This document shows positions 27,496 to 37,335 of a stretch of DNA of 64,000 bases, in pieces. The stretch lies in contig JAZDNF010000009.1 in assembly GCA_043800255.1 (NCBI GenBank), positions 1 through 64,000 of the forward strand, read 5' to 3'. A model generated the notes under the pieces. That model made no database searches and had not been told where the DNA came from. It worked only from the letters and a program-made list of their open reading frames with translations. The translations under genes and the position numbers were made by a program. Source of the DNA: Candidatus Altiarchaeota archaeon (GTDB lineage Archaea > Altiarchaeota > Altiarchaeia > IMC4 > SCGC-AAA252-I15). Each line of letters begins with the position of its first letter. Within the stretch, counting starts at the first letter, position 1.

Positions 27496-28464
27496 ATGTA
27501 CGCGATAGAAACCGAGAACCTGACAAAAAAGTATGACGGGCTGGTCGCATTGGACGGCCTAAACCTTAATGTCAGGGAGGGGGAGATTTTCGGGCTGCTG
27601 GGCCCGAATGGGGCTGGAAAGTCCACGACGCTGCTCATGCTTACAACGCTGAGGCAGCCGACTTCAGGAACCGCGAGGGTGAACGGCTTCGACATCGTCA
27701 GGCAGCCTAGTGAGGTGAGAGAGTCCATAGGTATTGTCTTCCAGGACCCGAGCTCGGATGAGATACTCACAGGCTACGAGAACCTGAAACTCCACGGATG
27801 GCTATATGACATGCCAGATAACCTGAAGGAGAAAAGGATAAACGAGGTTCTCGAGCTGGTGGAGCTGACAGACAGGAGAGACGACCTCCTGAAAACATAC
27901 TCGAGCGGCATGAGGAGGCGATTGGAACTCGCGAGGGGGCTGATGCACCACCCTAGGGTTCTGTTCTTGGACGAGCCGACCATCGGCCTCGACCCGCAGT
28001 CGAGGGAGCGCATCTGGGATTTCATAAAAAAGCTCGCCGCTGATGAGAAAATAACGGTCGTCATCACGACACATTACATGGACGAAGCGGACAGGCTGTG
28101 CGACAGGCTGGGCATAATAGACCACGGAAGACTTGTGGTTGTGGACTCCACTGAAAAGCTGAAGGAGGATGTCGGAGGGGACATAGTCAGGCTGAAAGCC
28201 GCTAGACTCGACATAAAATCTCTGGAGGAGTTGGACTACGTGAAGGAGGTTAAAGCCTGCGACGGCGAAGTATGCCTCACAGTCTCAGACGCCGACAGGC
28301 ATCTGCAGGAGATACTGGACACTGCCGGGAAGGTGGAATCGGTCGAAGTCCGCTCGCCGACGTTGGATGACGTCTTCTTATACCATACCGGCAGGCAGAT
28401 TAGAGAGGACACGCCAGAGGGAGGGTGGGGTCAGAAGGCCATGCAAGCGAGGTCTAAAAGATGA
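27496..28464 (+). CDS. ABC-2/DrrA-type exporter ATP-binding subunit
   Basis: GPNGAGKS, YSSGM, FLDEPT. Confidence 0.9.
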   Translation: MYAIETENLTKKYDGLVALDGLNLNVREGEIFGLLGPNGAGKSTTLLMLTTLRQPTSGTARVNGFDIVRQPSEVRESIGIVFQDPSSDEILTGYENLKLHGWLYDMPDNLKEKRINEVLELVELTDRRDDLLKTYSSGMRRRLELARGLMHHPRVLFLDEPTIGLDPQSRERIWDFIKKLAADEKITVVITTHYMDEADRLCDRLGIIDHGRLVVVDSTEKLKEDVGGDIVRLKAARLDIKSLEELDYVKEVKACDGEVCLTVSDADRHLQEILDTAGKVESVEVRSPTLDDVFLYHTGRQIREDTPEGGWGQKAMQARSKR

Positions 28465-29231
28465 AAGCGCTGAGAGGCATTTATGCATTATGGTACAGGG
28501 AGTTCAAGGTCTTCCAGAGGGAAAAATCCAGGGTGGTTGCATCTATCGTGAACCCGATGCTTTGGTTTCTTATAGTAGGTGGCGGTATCGGCTCGGTGGT
28601 CTCGTTCAGCGGCATCAACTATCAGACGTTCATATTCCCAGGCATCCTAGTACAGTCCATACTCTTCTCCTCGATATTCTTCGGAGTGTACATCGTCTGG
28701 GACAAGAAGATAGACTTTCTCAAGGAGGTTCTGGTATCGCCTTTGTCGAGGACTACGATATTCGTAGGGAAGATGCTCGGAGGCTCGACTGACACCCTCA
28801 TACAGACGTCCATATTGATGTTCTTAGGTTTCATCTTTTCGAGAGTGGGCATGATGGAGGGCCTCCAGCTCACTCCGCTATCCATGCTCATATCAGCTGC
28901 GTTCCTCTTCATGACAACTGCTGGAGCGGTCAGCATAGGGCTTATAATAGGCTCGCAGATGGAGAGCATCGAAGGCTTCCAGCTTGTGGGCAGCTTCGTC
29001 GTGTTCCCCATGTTCTTCCTCTCCGGCGCCCTCTTTCCAATAGACAACCTGCCCAAGTGGCTGGCCCCGTTCGTATACTTGGACCCGGTGACATACTCGG
29101 TCGACGGCCTAAGGGGAGCCCTCCTGGGAGCCTCCACCTTCCCCATCATCTTCGACTTCACGGTCATCACAGTATTCTCAGCGCTGATGGTAATAATCGG
29201 CACCTACGCCTTCAAGAAGATGAAAATCTGA
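28461..29231 (+). CDS. ABC-2/DrrB-type permease
   Basis: Six TM helices, PMFFLSGALFP, DPVTYSVDGLR. Confidence 0.9.
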   Translation: MKALRGIYALWYREFKVFQREKSRVVASIVNPMLWFLIVGGGIGSVVSFSGINYQTFIFPGILVQSILFSSIFFGVYIVWDKKIDFLKEVLVSPLSRTTIFVGKMLGGSTDTLIQTSILMFLGFIFSRVGMMEGLQLTPLSMLISAAFLFMTTAGAVSIGLIIGSQMESIEGFQLVGSFVVFPMFFLSGALFPIDNLPKWLAPFVYLDPVTYSVDGLRGALLGASTFPIIFDFTVITVFSALMVIIGTYAFKKMKI

Positions 29232-29257
29232 GGGGCAAACCATCACGAACATCCGTA

Positions 29258-29265
29258 TTTTTAAA
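29258..29265 (+). promoter_or_regulatory. Putative TATA box for the leader/leuA transcript
   Basis: TTTTTAAA ending 27 nt upstream of the leader ATG at 29292. Confidence 0.45.
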
Positions 29266-29291
29266 CTAGTCTTACATTATATTGTATCAGA

Positions 29292-29387
29292 ATGGGTTCC
29301 TTTGTGTATCAGACGGTTGGTTTCGAGGATTTCGTTAGTGGGAACCCTCTTCAGTTGCTGTTGCTATTGCTTAGGCTGCGAGAGTAA
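29292..29387 (+). CDS. Putative leucine-sensing leader peptide (31 aa)
   Basis: MGSFVYQTVGFEDFVSGNPLQLLLLLLRLRE*; Leu codons TTG CTG TTG CTA TTG CTT at 29355-29372, directly upstream of leuA. Confidence 0.7.
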   Translation: MGSFVYQTVGFEDFVSGNPLQLLLLLLRLRE

Positions 29388-29405
29388 GCTTAGCTTATGT
29401 CTCGC
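29378..29405 (+). promoter_or_regulatory. Hairpin overlapping the leader stop codon (candidate attenuator element)
   Basis: gcgaga-g-taagc-tta-gctta-tg-tctcgc, followed by an A/T-rich tract. Confidence 0.55.
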
Positions 29406-29456
29406 GCGAACAGGATTATTATATTACTTTAGTTTACACATTATTTGGTGTTCGAC

Positions 29457-30932
29457 ATGACAAAAAAGATAAAAGTGTTCGATACGACGCTCAGGGACGG
29501 GGAGCAGACGCCGGGAGTCGCGTTAACCCCTGAGAAGAAGCTTGAGATAGCTAAGGCTCTGGATGAGCTTGGCGTTGACATCATAGAAGCAGGGTTTCCC
29601 ATAAACTCCGAGGGCGAGTTCAACGCGGTCAGGCAGATTGCGAGAGAGGTTGACACTACAGTATGCGGCCTCGCAAGGGCCTTGAAGCCTGACCTTGACA
29701 GGTGCATTGAAGCGGAGGTTGACTTAGTCCATGCTTTCATATCCACTTCACCGCAGCATCTCAAGTATCAGATGGAGAAGACGGAGGATGAGGTGTATGA
29801 GATGGCGGTGGATGCAGTACAATATGTGGTAGACCACGGCCTCCCATGCCTTTTCTCGCCTATGGATGCCACTAGGAGCGACATCGACTATCTTATAAGG
29901 GTGTGCAAGGGCGTTGAGGAGGCTGGAGCCAAGATCATCAACATACCTGACACTGTCGGAGTCATGTACCCGTCCGCCATGAGAGAGCTCATCTCGAAGG
30001 TGAGGAAGGCCGTGAAGGTTGACATCGACGTCCACTGCCATAATGACTTCGGGATGGCGGTCGCTAACACGCTGGCTGCTGTAGAGGCCGGCGCCAACCA
30101 GGTTCAGGTGGCAGTCAACGGCCTCGGGGAGAGGGCAGGCAACGCAGACCTGGAGCAGGTTGTGATGGCCTTGAAGGTGTTGTACGGCAGGGAGACGAAC
30201 ATAAGGTATAAGAACATCTACGCCACCAGCAAGCTTGTTGAAAGGCTGACAGGAGTCAGAGTCATGCCCAACTTCCCGATAGTGGGGGACAACGCGTTCG
30301 CTCATGAGTCAGGCATACACGTTCACGCAGTATTGAAGAATGCTGAGACCTTCGAGCCCCTGAAGCCTGAGATGGTCGGGGCGAGAAGGCGCATCGTCCT
30401 CGGAAAGCACGTTGGAGTCCATGGGATAGAGGCGAAACTGAAGGAGCTGAAGATCAGGGTCAGTCAGGAGCAGCTGATGGAGATAACGAAGAAGGTTAAG
30501 GACCTCGGGGGAAAGGGCAAGAGGATTGTGGAGGAGGATCTTGTCGCCATCGCAGAGGACGTCACCGGGAAACTTCCGAAGGAGAAGAGGGTTTTAGAGC
30601 TCATAGACTTGAAGCTGACTTCGAAGCTGAACAAGAACCCGGTGGCAACCGTAAAACTGAAAGTTAGGGGCAAGCAGAAGGAGGCCACTGAGGAGGGTGT
30701 AGGCCCTGTGGACGCCACACTGAACGCGATAAGAACTGCCATAGGCGACAGGAAGATAACCTTGGAGGAGTATCATCTTGACGCGATAACCGGCGGCTCG
30801 GATGCATTAGCTGATGTCACAGTCAGAGTCGCCAAGGGAGCGGATGTGACCCTGGCCAGGGGAGTCCACGAGGATGTGGTCATGGCGAGCATCATCGCCT
30901 TCATAAACGGTTTAAACAGGCTGCTCAAATAG
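29457..30932 (+). CDS. leuA: 2-isopropylmalate synthase
   Basis: DTTLRDGEQ, EAGFP, CGLAR, INIPDTVG, HCHNDFG, HESGIH, C-terminal regulatory domain (GVGPVDA); these motifs fit LeuA better than CimA. Confidence 0.82.
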   Translation: MTKKIKVFDTTLRDGEQTPGVALTPEKKLEIAKALDELGVDIIEAGFPINSEGEFNAVRQIAREVDTTVCGLARALKPDLDRCIEAEVDLVHAFISTSPQHLKYQMEKTEDEVYEMAVDAVQYVVDHGLPCLFSPMDATRSDIDYLIRVCKGVEEAGAKIINIPDTVGVMYPSAMRELISKVRKAVKVDIDVHCHNDFGMAVANTLAAVEAGANQVQVAVNGLGERAGNADLEQVVMALKVLYGRETNIRYKNIYATSKLVERLTGVRVMPNFPIVGDNAFAHESGIHVHAVLKNAETFEPLKPEMVGARRRIVLGKHVGVHGIEAKLKELKIRVSQEQLMEITKKVKDLGGKGKRIVEEDLVAIAEDVTGKLPKEKRVLELIDLKLTSKLNKNPVATVKLKVRGKQKEATEEGVGPVDATLNAIRTAIGDRKITLEEYHLDAITGGSDALADVTVRVAKGADVTLARGVHEDVVMASIIAFINGLNRLLK

Positions 30933-31023
30933 CTCAGTGTGGATGAGCGAAGCGAAACAGCAGACCGAGGGTCTGGTGTGTGTCTGAGATGATATCTCAG
31001 CCACATCCCGCACATGTTTTCGC
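30932..31023. other. Multi-hairpin intergenic element (candidate structured RNA)
   Basis: Stems gctca/tgagc, cagacc/ggtctg, ctgagat/atctcag, closing gcgaaac/gttttcgc. Confidence 0.45.
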
Positions 31024-31101
31024 CATCTGTTTATTAAAAGGCTGGGGTTGAACAGGCTGTTGAAGTAATCTTATATAAGCCGTTGCATGTAATATTTTCC
31101 T

Positions 31102-31854
31102 ATGGATTTATCAGGCAATCTGCTGGTGGTCAATTTTAAGACTTATGATGAGAGCACCGGCGACAATGCTCTTGAACTCTTGAGGGTCTGTGATAGGGTC
31201 GCTTCTGAGTCAGGCGTTGCCATAGTGGCTGTGCCCTCTCTCCTTGATTTGGAGAGGTGCTGCAGGACTGCCGCGGACGAGGGCCTCAATGAGGTAGTAA
31301 TCTTTGCCCAGCACGTTGATCCGAGCTTCAGGGAGGGGAAGCTGGGGAACAATACCGGCAGGATTCTGGCAGCGAAACTGAAAGAACTTGGAGTCCAAGG
31401 CTCACTCCTGAACCACTCGGAGAGGAAGCTCACCAGGAGAGCAGGCAATGACATGGACGTTAGCGAAATACAGGCGCGCGTCAGCGCCCTCAAGGCTGAG
31501 GGCCTGAAGTCGATAGTCTGCTGCGGGTGGGAGGCTCAGGACCTAACCATAAAGGAGGGCAAACTGATAGCAGCTTCGAATCCTGATTACATCGCAGTCG
31601 AGCCTCCGGAGATGATAGGAGGCGACGTCTCTGTCACGACAAAGCCTGAGCTGATAACCGGTTTCGTGAAAGCCATAATGGACGTGGACAGGGACATCAA
31701 AGTTTTGACAGGCGCTGGCGTTAAGAACGGGGAGCACGCCGCCAAGGCCATTGAGTTGGGCACCAAAGGGGTTCTCGTCGCCTCGGGCATAGTGAAGCCC
31801 AAGGATGGCGCCCAGGAGGAGGCTCTGACTGAGATGGCAGGAGGGTTGAAATGA
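31102..31854 (+). CDS. tpiA: Triosephosphate isomerase (archaeal type)
   Basis: VNFKTY, AQHVD, LNHSE, AVEPPE, GAGV, LVASG. Confidence 0.92.
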   Translation: MDLSGNLLVVNFKTYDESTGDNALELLRVCDRVASESGVAIVAVPSLLDLERCCRTAADEGLNEVVIFAQHVDPSFREGKLGNNTGRILAAKLKELGVQGSLLNHSERKLTRRAGNDMDVSEIQARVSALKAEGLKSIVCCGWEAQDLTIKEGKLIAASNPDYIAVEPPEMIGGDVSVTTKPELITGFVKAIMDVDRDIKVLTGAGVKNGEHAAKAIELGTKGVLVASGIVKPKDGAQEEALTEMAGGLK

Positions 31855-33500
31855 GGTCTGACATTATAAAAAAGGGGGTTGAGAGGGCGCCGAACAGGGC
31901 GCTGCTTTATGCTACAGGGATCACAAAGGAAGACATGCGCAAACCTTTCATCGGCGTCGCATCATCTTTCACTGACCTGATCCCAGGCCACATTGGAATG
32001 CGAGAGCTGGAGAGGGCCATAGAGAATGGAGTTTACGCCGGAGGAGGGCGGCCGTTCATCTTCGGGGTTCCGGGAATATGCGACGGCATCGCGATGGGCC
32101 ATGAGGGCATGAAATTCTCTTTACCCTCGAGGGAGCTGATAGCTGACGAGGTTGAGGCTATCGCAAGCGCCCACGCGTTGGACGGTCTCGTGCTGTTGAC
32201 GAACTGCGACAAGATTACGCCCGGGATGCTGATGGCAGCCGGCAGGCTTAATATCCCGTGCATAGTTGTCACAGCAGGTCCCATGTTAGGCGGTTATCAT
32301 AATAACAGGAGGCTTTCGCTGGTGAGGGACACCTTCGAGGCTGTCGGACTCTACCAGGCTGGGAAGATAAAAGCTGAGGAGCTGGCTGCGCTGGAATGCG
32401 AGGCCTGCCCCGGAGCAGGCTCATGCCAGGGGATGTACACCGCAAACAGCATGGCCTGCGTAACCGAGACGATGGGGATGTCATTGCCAGGCTGCGGCAC
32501 TGCCTTGGCGGGAACGGCAAAGAAGAAGAGGATAGCATTCGACTCAGGCAGGAGGATAGTAGAGCTCGTGCGCAGGAAGGTTACAGCGCGGAAGATCATA
32601 ACAAAGAATTCAATCTATAATGCGGTTGTCGTGGATAACGCCTTCGGCGGCTCCACCAATACTGCACTGCACATTCCGGCAATCGCGTACGAGGCCGGCG
32701 TGCCGATAAAACTTGACCTCTTCGATAAGGTCAGCAGGAGGACGCCGCATATCGTGAACATGCGCCCAGGCGGGGAGACGTTCATGGAAGACCTCGAGCG
32801 GTCTGGCGGAATCCCGGGAGTCTTGAACAGGCTCGCAGGCAGGCTGAAACCTAACACAACAGTCTCAGGCAGGAACATCAGGGAAATCGCCAGAACAGGC
32901 ATCATAGTAGAACCTGAAATAATCAGGCCTCTGAATAGACCCTACCATAAGGAGGGCGGGATGGCTGTCCTCAAAGGCAACCTCGCTCCTGACGGCTGCG
33001 TCGTCAAGCAGAGCGCTGTTTCACAGAAGATGATGAAGTTCACAGGCAAAGCCAGGATATTCGAACGGGAGGAGAACGCCATGAGGGCGATCCTCGCCAG
33101 AAGGATAAAAAAGGGTGATGTAGTGGTCGTAAGGTATGAGGGGCCGGCAGGCGGTCCAGGCATGAGGGAGATGCTGAGCCCGACCTCAGCCATAGCTGGC
33201 ATGGGACTGTCAGACTCTGTCGCACTGATAACGGACGGCAGGTTCTCAGGCGGAACCCGTGGACCGTGCATAGGCCACATCAGCCCTGAAGCCGCCAGGG
33301 GCGGGCCGATTGGAATCATAAGAGAGGGTGACAGGATTCACATTGACATCCCAAAGAGGAAGCTGGAGTTGCTCATACCTGCAAAAGAGTTCGCAGCCAG
33401 GATGCGAAACTTTAAACCGAAAAAGAAGAAGCTCAGAGGCTACCTGAAGAGGTATGCTGAGGCTGTCTCCTCAGCTGACAGGGGCGCGATTCTGGCGTGA
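31851..33500 (+). CDS. ilvD: Dihydroxy-acid dehydratase
   Basis: [28 protein letters not shown]. Confidence 0.95.
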   Translation: MRSDIIKKGVERAPNRALLYATGITKEDMRKPFIGVASSFTDLIPGHIGMRELERAIENGVYAGGGRPFIFGVPGICDGIAMGHEGMKFSLPSRELIADEVEAIASAHALDGLVLLTNCDKITPGMLMAAGRLNIPCIVVTAGPMLGGYHNNRRLSLVRDTFEAVGLYQAGKIKAEELAALECEACPGAGSCQGMYTANSMACVTETMGMSLPGCGTALAGTAKKKRIAFDSGRRIVELVRRKVTARKIITKNSIYNAVVVDNAFGGSTNTALHIPAIAYEAGVPIKLDLFDKVSRRTPHIVNMRPGGETFMEDLERSGGIPGVLNRLAGRLKPNTTVSGRNIREIARTGIIVEPEIIRPLNRPYHKEGGMAVLKGNLAPDGCVVKQSAVSQKMMKFTGKARIFEREENAMRAILARRIKKGDVVVVRYEGPAGGPGMREMLSPTSAIAGMGLSDSVALITDGRFSGGTRGPCIGHISPEAARGGPIGIIREGDRIHIDIPKRKLELLIPAKEFAARMRNFKPKKKKLRGYLKRYAEAVSSADRGAILA

Positions 33501-34013
33501 GTAGTGTTCTGCAAGATCCAGTAGGGTCCAGGGCTTGCATTCGCTCTTCTTGAAACCGAGGAGTTTCACATACTTTAGGAGGGTCTCATCGTCTTCTGCT
33601 TCGATTTCCAGGAACTCTGGTATGGAATCGTAGGGCTGCGAGTACAGGTCCAGTTCGAAGTGAACTTTCCCCAGCTTGTAGGATGTCCTCTGCTTCTTCG
33701 TAGTCAGCCACGATGCCATCCCCAGCGATTCCAACATGTGTTTCACCTTGTCGAAGTCTGAGACTTCTACCTCATGCTCCTGCCTGACCTTCATGCTGTC
33801 ATGCTCTACGAACTCCTTGAACGTCAGATACGATCTGTCGCCGACCTTCCGCAGCCTGAAGGTGCCCTTCGACTTTTCAATCCGCCTGTCCCTGAAGTCG
33901 AAGTAGACAGCAAAAACCTCGCCGTCAAACACTTTCTCAGCCCCTAGCTGAGCGAGCTTTTTTTCTATCTTCTTCCTGTCGACTTCCAGTATCTTGACTT
34001 CAGTCTCCCTCAT
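33471..34013 (-). CDS. cyaB: CYTH family (class IV adenylate cyclase-like) protein
   Basis: ETEVK, FRLR, LTFK, FLEIE; start MRETEVK. Confidence 0.8.
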   Translation of the reverse strand: MRETEVKILEVDRKKIEKKLAQLGAEKVFDGEVFAVYFDFRDRRIEKSKGTFRLRKVGDRSYLTFKEFVEHDSMKVRQEHEVEVSDFDKVKHMLESLGMASWLTTKKQRTSYKLGKVHFELDLYSQPYDSIPEFLEIEAEDDETLLKYVKLLGFKKSECKPWTLLDLAEHYSRQNRAPVS

Positions 34014-34056
34014 CAGCTTACTACTTTTATTCAACTGTTATTAAGAGTTTAACCTG

Positions 34057-34803
34057 ATGCTAGCGACAGCCGAAAAGGCAGCGTTGGATGGCGGGAGAGT
34101 CCTACAGGACAATTTCGGAAGAATCCGCAGGGCAACGCACAAGCAGAAAAAGGACCTAGTGACAGAGGCTGACATACTCTCTGAGAAAAAAATCCTCTCA
34201 ATAATACGGAAAGGATACCCCCACCACAATATCCTTTCGGAGGAGAGCACGCCCATAGACGAGGATTCAGAGTATACTTGGGTTGTCGACCCATTGGACG
34301 GCACCCACAACTTCTACTATGGGATGCCATTCTGGGGAGTTTCAGTAGCACTCTTTAGGAGGGAGAAACCGCAGCTGGGTGTCATCTATCTTCCGAACGA
34401 GGGCGAACTCTACCATGCGGTCAGGGGAAAAGGCGCCTACTGCAACGGAAAAAAGCTGAAGGTCTCGGGAAGGACTATGGACGATGCGATGCTCATGTTC
34501 GGAGTCCGCTTCTTCCAGGACAGTTCAACGTTCTCCACCTTCAGGAAGCTGGTCACTAGGACGTTCAGCGTGCGGATGCTCTCCGTGGCAGTAACCAGCT
34601 TCGCATACGTCGTCCAGGGGAAAGCAGACGCCTACGTCGCCCAGTCCCTGAAACCCTGGGACTATGCAGCAGGATGCCTGCTTGTCGAAGAAGCTGGCGG
34701 AAAGTCGACAGACTTCGGCGGAAGGGAATGGAAACTCGACTCCGGCAGCATAGTCTGCTCCAACGGAAGAATACACAAACAACTGCTTGAGGTTATCCGA
34801 TAG
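34057..34803 (+). CDS. Inositol monophosphatase family protein
   Basis: SEE, WVVDPLDGT, PWDYAAG...EAGG. Confidence 0.9.
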   Translation: MLATAEKAALDGGRVLQDNFGRIRRATHKQKKDLVTEADILSEKKILSIIRKGYPHHNILSEESTPIDEDSEYTWVVDPLDGTHNFYYGMPFWGVSVALFRREKPQLGVIYLPNEGELYHAVRGKGAYCNGKKLKVSGRTMDDAMLMFGVRFFQDSSTFSTFRKLVTRTFSVRMLSVAVTSFAYVVQGKADAYVAQSLKPWDYAAGCLLVEEAGGKSTDFGGREWKLDSGSIVCSNGRIHKQLLEVIR

Positions 34804-34850
34804 GATATAGCCCATACTACAGCTTAACTTAACACTAGCTAATAAGTTAT

Positions 34851-36395
34851 ATGCCCAATAGGAGGATCATACTTATTGTTAGAGACGGCTGGGGCTACAG
34901 TGAAGAAGTTAAAGGCAATGCTGTGCGCGCTGCCAAGACGCCGAACAACGACAGATACGAGAGAGAGTATCCTTGGATCACATTAAAGTGCAGCGGCAAC
35001 GCCGTCGGCCTCCCGGAGGGCACCCAAGGAGGAAGCGAGCCAGGACACCTGACTATAGGAGCCGGCCGGGTGGTCTGGCAACCGTATGAGGACATCAACC
35101 GGAAGATAAGAAGCGGGGAATTCTACAAGAATAAGGCACTTCAGAAGGCTGTCAAGAACTGCAAGAAGAACAACTCCTCATTGCATCTGATGGGACTGTT
35201 CTCGGACCAGGGGATACATGCCACCACAGAGCACCTCTACGCGCTGCTGAAGCTGGCGAAACAGAACAAGCTCGAAAAAGTCTACATCCACGCCTTTTTG
35301 GACGGCAGGGACGTGCCTGAGAGGAGCGCTGACAGGTTCATAAAAGAATGCCTGCAGAAGATGAAAGAAGTTGGAGTAGGGAGGATAGCCTCCCTGGTGG
35401 GCAGATACTATGCAATGGACAGGGACACCAACTGGGAGAGGACGAAAAGAGCATATGACCTGCTGACACTGGGAGAAGGCTTCAGGGAAAAAGACCCCCT
35501 GAATGCCTTAGAAAATGCCTACAGGAGAGGGGACGAGACAGACTACTATGTTAAGCCCATAACGTTGGTAGATGATAGTGAGAAACCCATTGCCACGATA
35601 AAAGACAGCGATTCCGTAATATTCTGGAACTTCCGCTCAGACAGGACGAGGCAGCTGACCTACGCGCTCACAGAGAAGAATTTCGGCAAGTTCGAAAGAA
35701 AGGTCTTTCCGAAAGTCTGCTTCGTGTGCATGAGCGAATACGACAAGAACCTGGACCTGCCAGTCGCATTCCCCCAGCAGACAGTGGAGAACAACCTCGG
35801 GCAGGTTTTGAGCAGGAATGGGCTGAAACAGCTCCGCATAGCGGAGACGGAGAAATACGCGCATGTGACGTTCTTCTTCAACAGCCAGGTGGAAGAACCC
35901 AATCCTGGAGAGGAGAGGATAATGGTGCCTTCACCCAAAGTCCCATCCTACGATCAGAAGCCGGAGATGAGCGCCTATGAGATTACTGAGAAGCTGCTGC
36001 CGCAGATAGAAAAGGACTACTATGATTTCATCGCCGTCAACTTCGCTAACGGAGACCTGGTAGGCCACTCCGCGAAGCTGGACGCAGGGATGAAAGCCTG
36101 CGAGGCAGTAGACGAATGCATCGGAAGGATAGTGGAAGCCGGCCTGGAGCACAACTATGTCATACTCATCACAGGAGATCACGGCAACGTGGAGATAATG
36201 TTCTATCCTAACGGAGAGCCATGCCCTGCGCACGGCACAAACCCGGTCCCGTTTTCCATAATCAACGGAGAAAAGCTGAAGAATGTTAAGCTGAAGGAGG
36301 GTAGGGGCTTGGACTCCATCGCCCCCACCATATTAGAGCTGATGGGTCTCAAAAAGCCGGATGAGATGACAGGAGAATCACTGATTGCTAAGTAA
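34851..36395 (+). CDS. gpmI: 2,3-BPG-independent phosphoglycerate mutase (GpmI type)
   Basis: DGWG, GRYYAMDRD, AETEKYAHVT, DLVGH, DHGN. Confidence 0.93.
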   Translation: MPNRRIILIVRDGWGYSEEVKGNAVRAAKTPNNDRYEREYPWITLKCSGNAVGLPEGTQGGSEPGHLTIGAGRVVWQPYEDINRKIRSGEFYKNKALQKAVKNCKKNNSSLHLMGLFSDQGIHATTEHLYALLKLAKQNKLEKVYIHAFLDGRDVPERSADRFIKECLQKMKEVGVGRIASLVGRYYAMDRDTNWERTKRAYDLLTLGEGFREKDPLNALENAYRRGDETDYYVKPITLVDDSEKPIATIKDSDSVIFWNFRSDRTRQLTYALTEKNFGKFERKVFPKVCFVCMSEYDKNLDLPVAFPQQTVENNLGQVLSRNGLKQLRIAETEKYAHVTFFFNSQVEEPNPGEERIMVPSPKVPSYDQKPEMSAYEITEKLLPQIEKDYYDFIAVNFANGDLVGHSAKLDAGMKACEAVDECIGRIVEAGLEHNYVILITGDHGNVEIMFYPNGEPCPAHGTNPVPFSIINGEKLKNVKLKEGRGLDSIAPTILELMGLKKPDEMTGESLIAK

Positions 36396-36399
36396 CTCG

Positions 36400-36864
36400 C
36401 TATTCTACGATTAGGAGACCGTCGCCCAGCCACTGCGGCGACCCATCTTTTCGAGTATAATACATTGTGAAGTTGCCGGACTCGTTGGCAACGAAGGTTA
36501 CAGTCTCATACCTCTGCGGGTAAACCTTCTGCGAGATGTCATAACCTCTTATTCCGAAACTGAAGGATATTTCGCTGCCCGTCAGATGCAGGATGACAGT
36601 GTCGCTGCGGGCGACGGTGAGAACATTGGGGACGATACTGTTCCTCTGAAGCATTATCGTGAACTCCCTGACCTCAGGCCCGGCAGGCAACGTGGTGGTA
36701 GGCTCCACAGTGGACGTAGTAGACTGCACCGTTGAAGTCTCCTCCACAGTCGTGGTCGGCTGCAGGGTAGTTGTCACAGCAGGAGCCTCATCCCGAGTGC
36801 AGCCGGACGCGATCAGGACTAACGTAAGAGCCAGAAGCGGATAGAATCTCATTTTGTCATTCAC
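36400..36864 (-). CDS. Lipoprotein with Thr-rich linker and cupredoxin-like domain lacking obvious Cu ligands
   Basis: IASGC lipobox, TTT linker, TFVANESGNFTMY; alternative start 36852. Confidence 0.6.
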   Translation of the reverse strand: MNDKMRFYPLLALTLVLIASGCTRDEAPAVTTTLQPTTTVEETSTVQSTTSTVEPTTTLPAGPEVREFTIMLQRNSIVPNVLTVARSDTVILHLTGSEISFSFGIRGYDISQKVYPQRYETVTFVANESGNFTMYYTRKDGSPQWLGDGLLIVE

Positions 36865-37010
36865 CTAGGTTATATATCCCCCCACACTATTAAAAAAAGA
36901 AGCGGTAATGTCATCGAGGCATGGAGTCTGAGAAGGCATAATATGGCAGAGTGGCTGAAGCAGCGAAGCCGCCGAACGCCGCCCATTTCACGGCCGGAAA
37001 TTCGGCCCAA

Positions 37011-37171
37011 CGGACCTGCTGGGATTCGAACCCAGGTCCCGGGGTAACTTTGAGCCCTGATCCACCCTATTGTGCGGTTCCCTTTCTTTTTGGGATGAAG
37101 CACTTTTTCTTTCGGGAAAGAAAAAGGGCTCTCCGAAGCCCCGTAGGATATCCAAGCTACCCCACAGGCCC
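37011..37171 (-). tRNA. tRNA-Arg(UCG) with an 87-nt intron at position 37/38
   Basis: Exon 1 37133-37171 (GGGCCTG...CGGGG CT TCG G), exon 2 37011-37045 (A CCCCG GGAC CTGGG TTCGAAT CCCAG CAGGTCC G); A20 and G73 fit Arg; BHB-like junction. Confidence 0.9.
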
Positions 37172-37335
37172 TTTTGTGTATTAGTGATAGGTGGCGCTAG
37201 GTTATATTTGTTCAGAGGGGCTGGAGCAGAGCAGAATGCCCATCCTTTGCGAGCCGTAGTAAGGCTTGGGGGATATCCAGGTTATCTCACAGGCCCGATA
37301 GTTTGTGGTTTATTATTTCGTTCTTAATGTATTAC

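Noticed and set aside
30940-30958. Hammerhead-like core (GATGA-GC-GAA-GC-GAAAC)
   Set aside because: It lacks the CU of CUGAnGA and has no convincing stems I and III
37046-37132. C/D box guide inside the tRNA intron
   Set aside because: No RUGAUGA or CUGA on the transcribed strand
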